NCBI RefSeq assembly: GCF_018350175.1
Contig: NC_058368.1
Location: 18,416,001 to 18,480,000 of the forward strand
From: Felis catus
Lineage: Eukaryota
DNA: 64,000 nt
Direction of reading: 5' to 3'
Shown here one piece after another: positions 1 through 12,302 of this stretch; the stretch's first letter is position 1; each line of letters opens with the position of its first letter. The notes beneath the pieces are model-generated. The model did no database searches. It was given only the letters and a program-made list of their open reading frames with translations, and was not told where the DNA came from. Made by a program: the position numbers and the translations under genes.

Positions 1-514
1 GAACCTGAGGGAACTGCCTTGTCAGTTTCCCTCCCAGGCTCCGGGCCCTGCTCCTCCACCCCGTCCTCCCCACTCTGCTTCCTTCTCTCATAGCAGTTGA
101 GGCTTAACCTCATCCTGTAAGCAACAGAGACCCCGGGTCTGTTGCCCCTTCCAGACCTGCTACATAGAGTTAGTATCAAATATGCTGCTATCAAATACTT
201 CTGAATGAAAAAATTAAGCAGTTTTTAGTTTCCAAAATTCTTCTCCCCATATTATCAGATCATTGTGACAGTCAAAGACAGAGCTCAAGCGTTAACCATA
301 TTTAACAGTCAACAACACCGGGGCCAACCCAGGTTATAGGACAGTCAGCAGTAGAGCAAAGTCTGGAATTCAAGTCTCTTAAATCCTGATACCGTAGCCC
401 ATTCCACTGAGCGGCATTTTCTGCACTCTTCATCTAGCCAGTGGTATTTCCCACTCTCCCCGTAGCACATCATTAACATTTCCTGCAAGGCCCAGATTTG
501 AAATCAACACTCAC

Positions 515-719
515 TTCCCGCAGGTACTGGTTTAAACTGGACAAACTGCAGACGATGTCCTTTACCTTGTCGCACAGGTGCACACCAAAAGATTTAGTAG
601 AAGACGGGAGACTGGATGTTGGGCCGTGCAGAGAAGGTCGCGTGCACCTGCGGTGATTGGTTCTTGGGGTCAAATGAGTCTCTGGCGATTGACAGAGTTG
701 ATTAATGGGTTGGGGAATC
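515..719 (-). pseudogene. Exon IPQPINQLCQSPETHLTPRTNHRR...FGVHLCDKVKDIVCSLSSLNQYLRE
   Basis: Acceptor ccactgcAG, donor GAA|GTGAGT, open 68 codons; phase 2 in matches the previous exon. Confidence 0.68.
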
Positions 720-814
720 CTGCAGTGGTTGAGACATCACGTGATTTTTAACTCGCCCCTCTTACTAGTTTACATTTGCCCCTCATGTCTTAGGAACATC
801 AAGAATAAAGTTGG

Positions 815-978
815 AGTGGGAGAGAGCCAAAGCATAAGAGACTCTTAAAAACTCAGGACAAACTGAGGGTTGATGGGGGGTGGGAGGGAGGGGAGGGTGG
901 GTGATGGGTATTGAGGAGGGCACGGATGAGCACTGGGTGTTGTATGGAAACCAAATACATTTCATATATGGAAAAAAA
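815..978 (+). mobile_element. 5'-truncated felid L1 3' end with poly(A)
   Basis: gagagccaaagcataagagactcttaaaaact...gatgagcactgggtgttgtatggaaaccaa; perfect TSD AAGAATAAAGTTGG at 801-814 and 979-992. Confidence 0.9.
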
Positions 979-1176
979 AAGAATAAAGTTGGGCATTTGA
1001 AAGCTAATGGGATTCCCTTTAGAAGCCTCTGCTACAAGCTCCAGCTTCTGAAGGCCAGCGCGTCGTCTGGAGGGAAAGCACCTGTCTGCTAGCCCGAGTC
1101 TGCCCAGGGGTTGGGGGTAAAGGCCCTGAGCCGGGGCACCCGCAGTGTGTGGTGGGAGGTTGGACGGCCCACTCAC

Positions 1177-1469
1177 CCATCCGATTCTGAACCGATGCCC
1201 CGGCCTCTCGGTGCAAGTCCTGTGCCTGGCTGCTTCGACTGCAGCGTTGAAACCAGACAGGTGCCTATTGCCGCAGCCTTCCCCACCGGACCCCCACCTT
1301 CACCACATCCCTGCCTGTGCTTGCTGCCCTGTGTGGACCTCTGAATTCCAACCTTGTCCAGCCTGTGGAGAGGGCAGACCACAGCCATATGCTGAATCCC
1401 ATCCGTATGTCTGTGCCTCCTCACGAGACATCCAAATTCTCAGTTGTTATGAGACAGCCCTGTACTTTC
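1177..1469 (-). pseudogene. Exon ESTGLSHNN*EFGCLVRRHRHTDGIQHMAVVCPLHRL...GIGSESDG
   Basis: Very long pyrimidine tract + ctcAG, donor TGG|GTGAGT, 97 codons with one TGA (1442-1440). Confidence 0.68.
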
Positions 1470-1552
1470 CTGAGCAAATGACAGTGAAGAGGATGGCAAT
1501 GAGAGGATGGAAGAAAAAGAAATAGAAAAAAGAAATGAGTGTTTAAAACATA

Positions 1553-1720
1553 GCTTTTAATGAGCGCTAACTCTGTGCTAAGCACTCTGCTAAATATTCA
1601 GCACACAGTAGCACGCTCAACCCTGGCAACAATCTTATATCATGGTGACACTGCCCCAATTTAACAGATGACAAAACCACAGAATGTGGTTCTGGACCTA
1701 CGCTCTTAACCACCTTGTTA
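1553..1720 (-). mobile_element. MIR relic
   Basis: Reverse MIR motifs (gagcgctaactctgtgctaagcact; ccccaatttaacagatgacaaaac). Approximate ends. Confidence 0.65.
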
Positions 1721-1770
1721 AGCCCCTTCCCCCACAGGCACTGGATTCTGTGCTCTTAGTCATAGCTCAC

Positions 1771-1884
1771 TCCTTCATTTTGGCCTCACGAAGTGGTACT
1801 TGGTTGGTCAACACCCATCGTTGCCATATGTGATGTTTTTACCAACAGCACACTCTGTGATGCCGGGTAGCTTCGATATAATCC
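1771..1884 (-). pseudogene. Exon GLYRSYPASQSVLLVKTSHMATMGVDQPSTTS*GQNEG
   Basis: Acceptor tttttcaatgtttcaAG, donor GGA|GTGAGC, 114 nt, one TGA (1788-1786). Confidence 0.62.
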
Positions 1885-2469
1885 CTTGAAACATTGAAAA
1901 ATTAAATCGACTAGGCCAGGTAATTTCAACTCACATGACCTGGGAAGACACTGAACTTGGGTCTTGACCCTGGCCATATGACCTTGAACAGGACAGGCAT
2001 CTCTAAATGCCATCTAGCATTCTATACCTCTAGAGTGCTGTTCAAAATCAGATGAGCTATTGACGTAGGTAGGGGTGCTCTAAAAACTGGAAGGTACAAC
2101 CAAAAATAAAAATTATTATGTCAAAAAGTGGTTCATCTCTTTTTTTTTCCCTGAATTCACTACCTAAGAGTCAGGGAGGGAGACAACATCTTTTATGGCT
2201 GGGTTCGTTCCAATAACAATCCTTTCTGCAAACATCCATTAAGGTCTAAACATGAGCCAGGCACTTTTATAGGTATTTTTTTTCAGAGACAAGAGACAAG
2301 ACATTTATGGCCAAGTTACTTCTCTACTTCTGCATCTTCTCATATTTTGGCAGGTATCACACCTGCCGTGGACCAAACACCTACAGCTGGATCTGGATGG
2401 ATAGGTCAGTTAATTGAGATTCAGACACCATGGTTTGATTTTACAAGCACCAAACTGTCCTCATCTTAC

Positions 2470-2582
2470 CTTGGCATCTTGCCACACGCACATCTGTGTG
2501 GCCTGTGGGGCCAGGTCAAGTTGCTTTTTCACGGAGGCCATTTTGTCACATGGATTCCCCACAAGAGTGTGTGGGTGAATCA
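2470..2582 (-). pseudogene. Exon VIHPHTLVGNPCDKMASVKKQLDLAPQATQMCVWQDAK
   Basis: Acceptor ctgcAG, donor AAG|GTAAGA, open frame. Confidence 0.6.
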
Positions 2583-2892
2583 CTGCAGATCCATCATTGT
2601 ATAACAAACAGCTCAAAATGCCTGCCCCGTGGAGCATGAGTCAGGTTCAGTGTAGACTTATAGGCAGTCTCCTTTCCAGCTTTCTACTTTTTTCCGTCTA
2701 GCTTCTCTTCCTGACTTTGTTTTGCCTTTAGCTTTTTTTGTGTTTTACTCTGTACTGATATTTTGATACTTTTGTCTAAATGCCCTGGCTAAGAAAGAGG
2801 CAGTGCTGGTTTTGAGAAATGCATTCAATATAAACGTGATAGACTGAGTATTTCTCAATTTCTTTTAAGCGAGCAGACATCAGAAACTTATT

Positions 2893-3235
2893 TTTAACAG
2901 ATAATCTTTATTGAGATGTAATTCCAATACTTTACAATTCACCCACTCGAAGTATGCAACTCGATGGTTTTTAGTATGTTCACAGAGTTACAAAACCCTC
3001 ACCAGAATCAACACTGGAATATGCGTATCACCGCAAAAAGAAACTCCATACCCATTAGTGGTCACACTCCAGTCCCCCTAGGCCTCCCAGCCCTGGGCAA
3101 CCAATGAACCACTTTCTGTCTGTATAGATTTGCCTGTTCCAGATACTCCATATGAATGTTATCATCCAGTATGTGATCTTTGTGATTGCCTTCTTTCACT
3201 TAGTGTAATGTTTTCAAGGTTCATCCATGTTGCAG
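2893..3235 (-). mobile_element. Old L1 (L1MB-like) 3' fragment
   Basis: ctttattgagatgtaattc...tttctgtctgtatagatttgcctgttc...tcacttagtgtaatgttttcaaggttcatccatgttg is a typical L1M 3' end in reverse. Confidence 0.8.
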
Positions 3236-3719
3236 TCCCCGGAAACTTTTGCCTCTCCTCAGTCAGGAACTCAGACTTATGTTCTTTCTTCTCATGTCTT
3301 TGCCTCACTTGGGGCGATAATAACAAACAACAATAAAAGTATCCTTTAGTGGGTGCTTGTACACATACTGTCTCGTCCTCACTGCAACTTAGAAGGGAGG
3401 GATGGTCACTATTTTCCAAGTTAAGAAGCCAAGAAAAGTCACAGTGCTTGATAAGTGATAGAGCTAACATTGTAACTCAGGTCTCTGAGTCTAACTCTGC
3501 CTCCTCTCTCCCACATAGTAGGTCTGTCTTGGAAGATGAGGTCATAGTCATCTGCAGCAGCATCATAAACACCTTTATCGTGTTTCTCAGCAGCTCAGCA
3601 CTGGCCTACGGCTGTGGCTTTGATGCCTGCCAGAGGACGAGTAGAGAAAAGCTCCTTCAACACGAGATACCCTCAGACACAGCCTAGACAGGAAATGAGG
3701 CAGGATGCATGGAGGTCAG

Positions 3720-3945
3720 GACTGCGGGACTCCAGAATCCAAAAGACCTGGCTTCAAATTCCAGATCTTCCAACTTTTAGTTGGGTGCACTTTGAGCAGT
3801 TACTTGCTCATTTCTTATTCTCCCACATGGAAAATGGGGAGGATGGTTCCTACCTTGTAGGGTTATTAAGGGAATGAAACAAATAAGATGAGGGCTTAGC
3901 ACAGTGCCTAGCACTGAGAAAGTAATCAAGACTATTCGCTACCGT
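3720..3945 (+). mobile_element. MIR
   Basis: agacctggcttcaaattccag...aaaatggggaggat...cctaccttgtagggttatt...cttagcacagtgcctagcac. Confidence 0.75.
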
Positions 3946-3948
3946 TAA

Positions 3949-4102
3949 GGAATATAGTCATTGATACTATAAAAGTGACGTACGGTGACAGGTGGGAGCT
4001 ACACTTGTGATGAGCACAGCATAATGTATACACTTGTCAAATCACTATGTGTACACTTGGAACTAATGTAACATTGTGTGTCACCTATACTCAGAAAAAA
4101 AA
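3949..4102 (+). mobile_element. L1 (L1MA/carnivore-type) 3' end with poly(A)
   Basis: gtacggtgacaggtgggagctacacttgtgatgagcac...aaatcactatgtgtacacttggaactaatgtaacattgtgtgtcacctatactcagaaaaaaaa. Confidence 0.8.
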
Positions 4103-4892
4103 GGGTATTTGCCATTGTCGATTACTATTATGGCATCAGACAAAGAGGGAATGCCATTTCATCAGTCATCCTTGGAAGCACATCTTCATGGTCTCTACCT
4201 ACACACATACACCGTGGAGTTTGGCAAGGAAAACCCTCACTGGCCTTCTGTTATCATATCTGAGGTAACTACTAGAAAGAGTTCAAATGCAAAATGGAAT
4301 AAAGAAGAAGTAAGGCCTATTCCACTGGGCAAGAGAACAGCCCAAGAAACTCAACAGCCTCCACAGAGCCCTGAACGACAAGGGAGAGAGGGATGAGTCA
4401 AGAGGGAGAGAGGCAGCCATGCTGTCATGGTTTTTCTGGAGAGTCAGCCTTCAGAAAGTTCACTGAATCTTGCAAAAACATGACTACCGTAGTAGGAAAA
4501 CTTGCCAAATTATGCAATTTGGAGCCAAATGCTCCTTTCCGTCTCCCCCCACCCTCCCCACCAACCCCATGATGTTCAGCTTCTGGCTATGCCAAAAGCA
4601 GTTACTGGCAAGGAAATCATTAAAAAAAAAATTTGGCATAAGGCAAAAGGCAGGGAAATAGAAAAAGAACCCCAGAGGAGTTTCCCCCTAACCTTTTATT
4701 AAAATTATTTTCTGGATTTGGCAAAATGGCATTAATCAAAATACAAAATTCAAAATGAAACTCATTTCAAAGCTTTTAACTAGGGGAATAACTTTTTGGA
4801 AAAGCCTTAAATAAAAAAATCTGTCCTACAGATACATGCTCACACACAAGGACAAAAATGTACAAGGACATTTAGTGTAGCATTTTTTAATA

Positions 4893-5371
4893 CAGATCCT
4901 CCTGGATTGACAACGGAGTTACGCCTATCACGAGTCAAAAATGCATCTAACACCCATCTAACACCAAACATCACAGTTTAGCCTCACTGACCTTAAACGT
5001 GCTCAGAACACTTACATTAGCTATAGTTGGGCAAATTCACTTAACACAAAGCCCATTTTACATAATAAAGTGTTGAATATCACATGCAATCGATTGACTA
5101 TTATACTCAAAGTATGAAAACAGAACGGCCATATGGATACAGAGTGGTTGTCAGCCTATCGGCTGTTCACCCTTGTGATCATGTGGCCGTCTGGGGGCTG
5201 CGGCCGCTACCCAGAGTCACATGGGAGGGTCCCACTGCATATTGCTAGCCCAGGAAAACATCAAAATGCAAGATTCAAAGATTCAGTTTCTACTGAATGG
5301 GTATCTCTTTCTCACCATCATAAAGTCAAAAAAATCGTAAGCCAGAACCATCATAGGTCGGGGACCTTCTA
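4893..5371. mobile_element. TcMar-Tigger non-autonomous element (MER47/Tigger5-like) inside an old L1M fragment
   Basis: Terminal repeats CAGATCCTCC...GGGGACCTTCTA flanked by TA; internal ccttaaacgtgctcagaacacttacattagc. Confidence 0.85.
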
Positions 5372-6755
5372 TAATCATGAGAAACAACTGGAAAGTCCCA
5401 AAACAGGACAATGGTTAAGCAAACCATGGTATCAGCATCTGACAGAATACCCCAGAATTCTTAAAATTGGTGGACACTCTCCAAGGGCAGAGGTTCTATC
5501 TGTTTTGTTCACCGCTGTATTCCTACTGCCTGCAGTAGTGTTTAACTTTGTAGAGTTCAAACGTCTGTCAGTTACCTCACTGAGTGAATGTTTGTGAAAT
5601 GCATTTGTAATAAACAGTTCCATACACATGTCCACATATGTATACGTACGCCTCTGTGTATATATACGTATGAGGTGAGTCTATGTTGTACACATGTCAG
5701 ACTTGTTGACATTGTGACAACTGTCAAACACAGGCAGGAAGACAGGGATGTGGACACCAGAGGAGGCTGTCCTGGCGGAGCACTCTTCTGACTTTCCTAT
5801 GACTCCTGTACCCCTGTCCTCTTACCTTTTCTTTTACCTTTCAAGTGGGCTGAATTTCCCCCCACTTTTTTTCCATAGTAATAGTTCTTCATGAGCACTC
5901 TAGTGTTTGTAAAATGTAAGAAGTTAATTGATAAAGATACGAGGCGACTTAAATATTTTAAGCTAGCGGGGATGGAGGGCAGCTGCTGTCTTGGCCTCAG
6001 AATCTATCGTGCTAAGACAATTTTGATTCGTAGTAGGTAAATATTTACATATAATAATGTTGCAATAACTAAGCCATCCGATGGGCTCAGAAAACGGTCC
6101 AGTTCAACTAAGATGCGAGACAAGCTTTCCCTCATAGTTCACATAACTTAGGTGGATGTGGAGGCACAAATTTATCGGAGTGAGTGCTCTCGCCAGTGGA
6201 TGAACTTTCGATACAAAACAAATCCATGCGAGTGTTGTCAATCATAACTTCTTGATAGACAGAAAAACCATTTCTAAGATAAAATCTGAACGAAACAGCT
6301 ACAGTTTATGCAAGCCACAGCAGAGACGTGCAGAAGATATTGAAAACCTTTGTCCCGGAAGCGTTTTGTCTTGGTGACCTGTTGTTACCTTTTCCCTGTT
6401 TGCAGTTTCACTAATTTCTTAGCCAGAGCCGAGATCTCAAAAGTACCCAACCCAACGTGTTATGCAAACTTTAGAATGAAAATAAAATGAGGCGTTCAGC
6501 CTGGCATACGTTCCACGCTCCTCCCTGCACATCCACATGTGTGCACGCGCACACACACACACGCACACACACCCCTTCCCAGGAAAGACTACGATGCTAC
6601 CAGGCCAAGGGGTTGGGAGCCATTTCTATCCTCCGCGTGGTTTCGCGGGTTTGACTTGATGATGGACATTTAAGATGGAAATTGGCTATCTCCCTGCAGC
6701 CCACTGAACACTGCAAAAAGCATGGGGAGCTTCTGCCTCTGAATGTGGCTCTTAC

Positions 6756-6866
6756 CCTCATCGAAGCCTCCGTTCTCACAGTACAGTCTTTGGACCTTCC
6801 ATTGCAATCACTTTTTATGAATCCGGGCTAAATAACAGATCCTCCATAACATGGTTCAACATGTGT
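6756..6866 (-). pseudogene. 111-nt symmetric exon DTC*TMLWRICYLARIHKK*LQWKVQRLYCENGGFDE
   Basis: Acceptor gttttgcattttttcaaAG, donor AGG|GTAAGA; two TGA in the phase-1 frame. Confidence 0.6.
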
Positions 6867-7045
6867 CTTTGAAAAAATGCAAAACCCTTGCCTTGTTCCC
6901 TAAGGTTGGGCTCTTGTCTACTATCCTGTTTCACGGCATGCCTCACTGCCTCTTGCAAGCCTCCAACTTTTTCCCTGCCACATGGCCTCCACTCTTGCTG
7001 TTTGGGAATGTGCTTCCCTCAGCTACTTTCATCACTTAATTTCTC

Positions 7046-7262
7046 TTTTAATTTTTAAAATTCATTCATTCATTTACTTTGAGAGAGAGAGAGCACGCGA
7101 GCTGGGGAAGGGCAGAGACAGAGGGAGAGAGAGGATCCCAAGCAGGCTCCACGCTGTCGGCGCAGAGCCCCGCACAGGGCTCCGTCCCACGAACTGTGAG
7201 ATCCTGACCTGAGCCGAAATCCGGAGTCACACGCTTAACCGACGGAGACACCCAGGTGCCCC
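7046..7262 (-). mobile_element. Can-SINE (older feliform type) within L2 relic
   Basis: Reverse tRNA-derived head (ggggcacctgggtg), CT tract, A/T tail. Confidence 0.9.
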
Positions 7263-7510
7263 TGCTTTCTATTTCAAGTGACACATCCCCTGAGAGGTCA
7301 TCCCACGACCACTGCATCTACCCCCCATCAGATTCTAACACATCAATCTTTTTTTTTCTTGGCATGTCTAAGTCTTTAAATAGCTTTCCTATTGACTTAT
7401 TTGGGTATCATCAGTCTTCCTTCACTAAAACTTAAATTTTGTGATGTCAACGACTATGTCTTGCTTACCACTCTATTTCCAGTGCTTAGCACATAGTAGG
7501 TACTTAAGGG

Positions 7511-7553
<43 letters not shown>

Positions 7554-7601
7554 AGGAAGGAAGGAAGGAAGGAAGGAAGGAAGGAAGGAAGGAAGGAAGG
7601 A

Positions 7602-7669
<68 letters not shown>

Positions 7670-7697
7670 AAAAGAAAGAAAGAGAGAGAGAAAGAGA
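7511..7697. repeat. Compound (GAAA)n(GGAA)n(GAAA)n microsatellite
   Basis: Seen directly. Confidence 0.97.
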
Positions 7698-8831
7698 ATT
7701 TCCCCCAATGTTGACACAGTGTGGAGCACACAAAGGCATGGGCTTAGCACTAATAATTTAGAGCACAGAGTACGCACGGTGGTAAATGAGAGAAAACCTC
7801 AGAGTCGACACATGGAGACAGAGGCAATTTTGGAAACCGTAAATAATTAGAAGCAGGATTTTTTTTTCAGGCAATAATGAAAAAAGTAGCCCCTCTAAAC
7901 AAATAATGGATCAATTTAGAGGCAGCTGCACCACAGAAGTTTTATAGCATGCGTTAAGTCCCCAGTCACTGAGCTTCAGTTCCAAAAAAAGGACTCAAAT
8001 GTTTGGAGAAATATCAGTAAAAGAGGCAGGACCCTTAGCTATGGGCCTATCCATGAGTCTATGAGGACCAGGCCAAAGTCTTCATGGGAGAAAGATCAAG
8101 TAGAATCGAGAATTCAACCACAGTTCCTTTGTATTAGGAGATGTTTCTCATCTCTAATATACAAAGGTCAGTGCTTGGTGCTAAGGATCAGGATGGGCTG
8201 AGTCTATGGGAAGAGGACAGAGTGACAAGTCAGCCCCACTTAGGGAGGGGTTGGGAAACTGGGGCCAAAACAAGGGAGCAGACGTTTGTCATCATGGTGA
8301 TGCAAAAAGTGCATCTGGAGTAGGAAGTACAACCTCCCAAGGACACATGGTCCAGTGGTCTCCAACCCGCAACAAGGCATTCTCTAGACCCCACACATAG
8401 ACACACTTTCCTGCTCTGACACCTTTGAATTTGCTGTTTCCTCTTCTTTGGAATGCCTTCTCCCACTTCTTATCTGGCAAACTCTCACTTGTTATTCAGA
8501 AGCCAACTCAAATGTCATCTCTATCGTGAGCTCACACAATGACGCTTCCCATGAGTGCCCCAAATCGAGTTGTGCCCCATGACATTCAGGTCTAGCTCAT
8601 TGGCCTTGACAGTCCCGTAGTATGTGTTCTGGCACTCAACGATCATGGCACCTGTGCCTCACATGAGTCCTTGCGAGCAAGGGCAGCCGGGAGGATCTTG
8701 CCCGGGTCCTGTCTCTCTGAGTCCCCACTCTGGGCTCACAGGCTGGCATAGTGAGAAGCCAGAGCTGTCAGACCCACACTGTACTCATACCTTAGTCACT
8801 GACCTTCACGGTCAGAACGGACAATACTCAC

Positions 8832-9048
8832 CACCTGATGTGAGGTCCAGGCCAGGCACCCAACATGTGACAGTCTTTTCCATTCTGGGCTCACATGGGT
8901 CATCAGCTGGTTTGTGGAAGCTGGCAATGTTGCTAAGTCTGATACTCTTCCTGCCTGCCTCTGGGGCCCGTCTCTTTGACTCCAAAACAATGTTCTCCAC
9001 TTCTGAGTGCTGGCCGTGGCCGTCTGCAAGTAGCTTCTCTCGGCCAGC
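8832..9048 (-). pseudogene. Exon AGREKLLADGHGQHSEVENIVLESKRRAPEAGRKSIRLSNIASFHKPADDPCEPRMEKTVTCWVPGLDLTSG
   Basis: Acceptor ctccatgacAG, donor GTG|GTGAGT, fully open 72 codons. Confidence 0.65.
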
Positions 9049-9189
9049 CTGTCATGGAGACACGGGAGCTTACCATGGGAGTAGAACACGACACAGGTCA
9101 TGGGGGAACAGGATGGGAGGCTCCCGCTCTGCCAACCCATACCTGGGACTACTAACAACAGACCCAACCAATGGCCAGCAGAGACTCAC

Positions 9190-9247
9190 CACATCAATGG
9201 GGCCACACAGAGGTGGGGGAGAGTAAATAAGCCGGACGATGATAAGA
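9190..9247 (-). pseudogene. Small exon LIIVRLIYSPPPLCGPIDV
   Basis: Acceptor ttttgtacctcAG, donor GTG|GTGAGT; open; phase 0 out matches the next exon. Confidence 0.55.
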
Positions 9248-11052
9248 CTGAGGTACAAAACTCTTCGAGTTAAAATACTACATAAATATTATGCATACTT
9301 CATTAAATATGAACATATTACAATAATCTTGAAATATTGCAAGGTTCTTCTTTCCCTCTGAGTTATGCTCTATGAAATACAGGAATATATGGTAGTCTCA
9401 TCAAAAGCACACTTGTGTGGTACATATGTGACAGATGTAGTAGATATTTTAGACCTGTGAGGATTACTGCTAGTGGGAAGTCCTTACATTTTGCAGTCTG
9501 GGAGGTCTGGGTCTAAATCACGGTTCTGCAGCACTAATCATTCCGTATGACCTCAGACAAATCATTCCGTCTCTCTGCCTGCGTTGTGTCAGCTGTAAAC
9601 TGAGTTTGTGGACAGGGTTGTTAGGAGAATCGAATCAAAGTGATTGGCACCTGCCTGGCCTTTCGTAGACATCGGGGATACTGTTTCTCAAATGCACCCT
9701 ATTGTATTTCCCATGTTGATTCCCAAGCAAGGGTGAAGTTCATTCCACCTAGACCAAAGAAAGTCATAGAACAGCAACACGTAAATTAATCAGCAGAAAC
9801 CTTCCATCAAGTACGAAAAGAGGGTGATCTGACATTAAGAGGAGCTCTTTCCACCCAGAAGGGAAGCAGGAGGAAGCAGGAAGAGAGGAGAGAACAGGCA
9901 TGAGTCAGCCCAAGCAGGGTCCCCACTTCTCTTTGTCCATTACCCTTCAAACAAATCTTAAGAGGGGAGAGGGAGAGGACATGAGACTCCTAGAAGCTCT
10001 CTACAGGTTTGAGAAACTACTGGCACCCTCACTGAGGTCAGGGTCCTCCTTCCTTGGGCGCTGGCTGAAAAACCCGAAAGCCTTTCACAGAAAGCCTGCG
10101 TTGGGATCCAGTGCGTCCAGCGTGGCATGGGAGCAGGCAGAGAAGCACAGACAGAAGGGAAGCACACGAGCAGCCTCCCAGGGCCTCGCGTGATGGAGGC
10201 AGGTGGAGAGAACGTGATTGAAATTTACCAGCCTCCAGGGACCTCAACGACACTAAAAAGACCAAAAGGTGAGGAAGAAGACGGGAACAGGAGGCTACAG
10301 ACCCAGGGACCTCCAGGCAGAGGCAGAGGTGGAGGCCCGGTCCATAGGAGTCCGCGGGAGCCCTCAGCAGGCACACATGCAGGGTGCCCAGTAGCAGCGA
10401 GGAGGACACATAGCTCAGGCGAGGCCAGCAAGGACCCAGGGACACCCTTGAGGACCCCTTTCCCCTGCCCGTGCTGTTACACGAGCTTCCCTTAGACGGT
10501 GGCAGCATTAGATGAGCAGAAAGAGAACAGAAACAGGAAGAAACCCCAAAGGACCAATATTTTCTCAAAATGAACCATGTTAACATAAAAGAGGCTGCTT
10601 GAAATCACAGGACCAGAATTGCATTAAATCAGAAAATTAAAACATGCTCTCCCTCCTTCACCCACCCTTCTGCTATCAAGTGAGAAATGAGACCTCCAAA
10701 GAAAATAAGAACACGTTCCAACCCTTTGCAGATCTGAGTACTAATGAGCAAGCTTCAATGCCCACTATTTGCTTAATTGCTAGCATTATTACTATCACTC
10801 TATATTACTATATTTAGCCATCTTAACCTATAAAGATTGCAGTTTCCAATAGTTCAAACTAATAGATATAAATTGCTATTTTATACACCAACATGTCTGA
10901 CGGTAGGACCTCGGGCAGGTCTGAGAGACCCACAGGTTTTGGTGTCCTCTCTGCCCAGAACACTTGTCTCTCTGTGCCCATCCCCACCTCCCACCCTTTT
11001 TTCCACCTGGATCACCCAGGTCAGGAATGAGGAAATCAAGCGGTGTGCTTAC

Positions 11053-11089
11053 CAGCTTGCAGTAGTTTCAGACAATTAAAAAGAAGCGC
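11053..11089 (-). pseudogene. Candidate 37-nt exon
   Basis: Strong donor CTG|GTAAGC. The acceptor tttaaaAG abuts a microsatellite. Phase 1>2 closes the chain; one TAA. Confidence 0.35.
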
Positions 11090-11093
11090 CTTT

Positions 11094-11096
<3 letters not shown>

Positions 11097-11153
<57 letters not shown>
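11097..11153. repeat. (TA)n(CA)n microsatellite
   Basis: Seen directly. Confidence 0.95.
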
Positions 11154-11156
<3 letters not shown>

Positions 11157-11644
11157 GAGCCTTTCCTAACTATTGTGGTACTTTTAACTAAGAAAGAGCT
11201 CAGGATGGAAACTGTTTCAAAATATAAGGCAAGTCACTGCCAACCCCCCCTCTGAGGCCAGCATTTCAGTGCTTCCCATTTGATTTTCCACAGGTTTGAG
11301 GTTTGCGAGACAGAGTGGACCCTATACCTATAGGCTCTTACTGGACCATAATGGCAAATCCACAGAATATATCTGAACAGATGAGCCTGTGCCCTTCCTA
11401 GGCTCTGCGTCTCCCTTCAGCTGAGAACAAGCTGGCCTAAGACTCCCTGGCTCCTGAACCCTTGTGACATCTCAGGGTTGGAAGGGGATTGGGCAGTCAT
11501 GCAGCCACATCTCTGCCCACACACCTCCCTTGAGTAATGACACCGTCTCGGCTTGAGCACCTCCAACAACAAAGAGCTCACATATTCTCCTTCCATTATT
11601 TGAGAATGTTCTTCCTTGTGTCAAATCGCAAGGGGACAATGGGT

Positions 11645-11895
11645 GTCAATTATTAGCATGTGTTTTGGAGCCAGCTATGGGTAAAAGGTCTAATCCTAGC
11701 TCTCCGTATTGCTAGCTGCGTGACCGTGGGCAAAGGCCTAAGTTCTTGTGCCTGAGTTTATCTTTTCCAAGGGTAAAGGGCAAAGGAGGACATGTGTGTG
11801 ACTTCCTTCAGAGGGCTGTGGTGAGGATTGATAAAGGAACCCCTTGTAGACTATACCAGGTCCTGGGACACAGGATCCACTCAATTATTGCCATG
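11645..11895 (+). mobile_element. MIR
   Basis: ctagctgcgtgaccgtgggcaaa...gtgcctgagttt...gagggctgtggtgaggattg. Confidence 0.7.
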
Positions 11896-12302
11896 CATCC
11901 GTGTGTCACCACTATTTTTGGTGTCGTTCTGCCTTCTAGTTCTGCCTTCTGCCTTCCGGGGTGGCAAAGCACAAATCTAATGACTTCTTCCACTGTAAAT
12001 AGTTGAAGACCACTGTCATGGGTTTCTGAGTCTAACACACCAGTTCCTTCAGTTGTATTCAGAAATCTTAGAGCTCTGTTCTTTCACCACCAGTCCTTCC
12101 AGAGGGCTCTCCACCTCAGTCTGCCCACCCGGGGTCTTGGGCAGGGCAGTTCTCCAGTGAATCACAGGCTATTTTGTTTGCTCCCCACCTCCTCAGAGTC
12201 CACTCCATTTTTCTTTGGGCTTCTCTCACCCGGTCCGTTCCAGTCCCTACTCTACTGTTAGCTAGGATGAGGCACCTCATGCTTGATTGATGGTGTGCAT
12301 AC

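Noticed and set aside
6140..6276. Possible extra minus-strand exon (NGFSVYQEVMIDNTRMDLFC...), and another near 4198
   Set aside because: Weak donors or acceptors, and the 6276 phase is incompatible with its neighbours. Cannot be supported without an orthologue.
7441..7777. KE-rich and FLS-rich ORFs
   Set aside because: Translations of the GAAA/GGAA microsatellite.
8832..9048. Trypsin-like protease resemblance (…TVTCWVPG)
   Set aside because: No catalytic His, Asp or GDSGG motifs in this or neighbouring exons; likely chance.
8624..9226. 200-aa plus-strand ORF, and similar ORFs at 1145-1525, 16823-17230 and 17389-17904
   Set aside because: They overlap minus-strand pseudo-exons and are best explained as antisense shadow ORFs; no recognisable domain.
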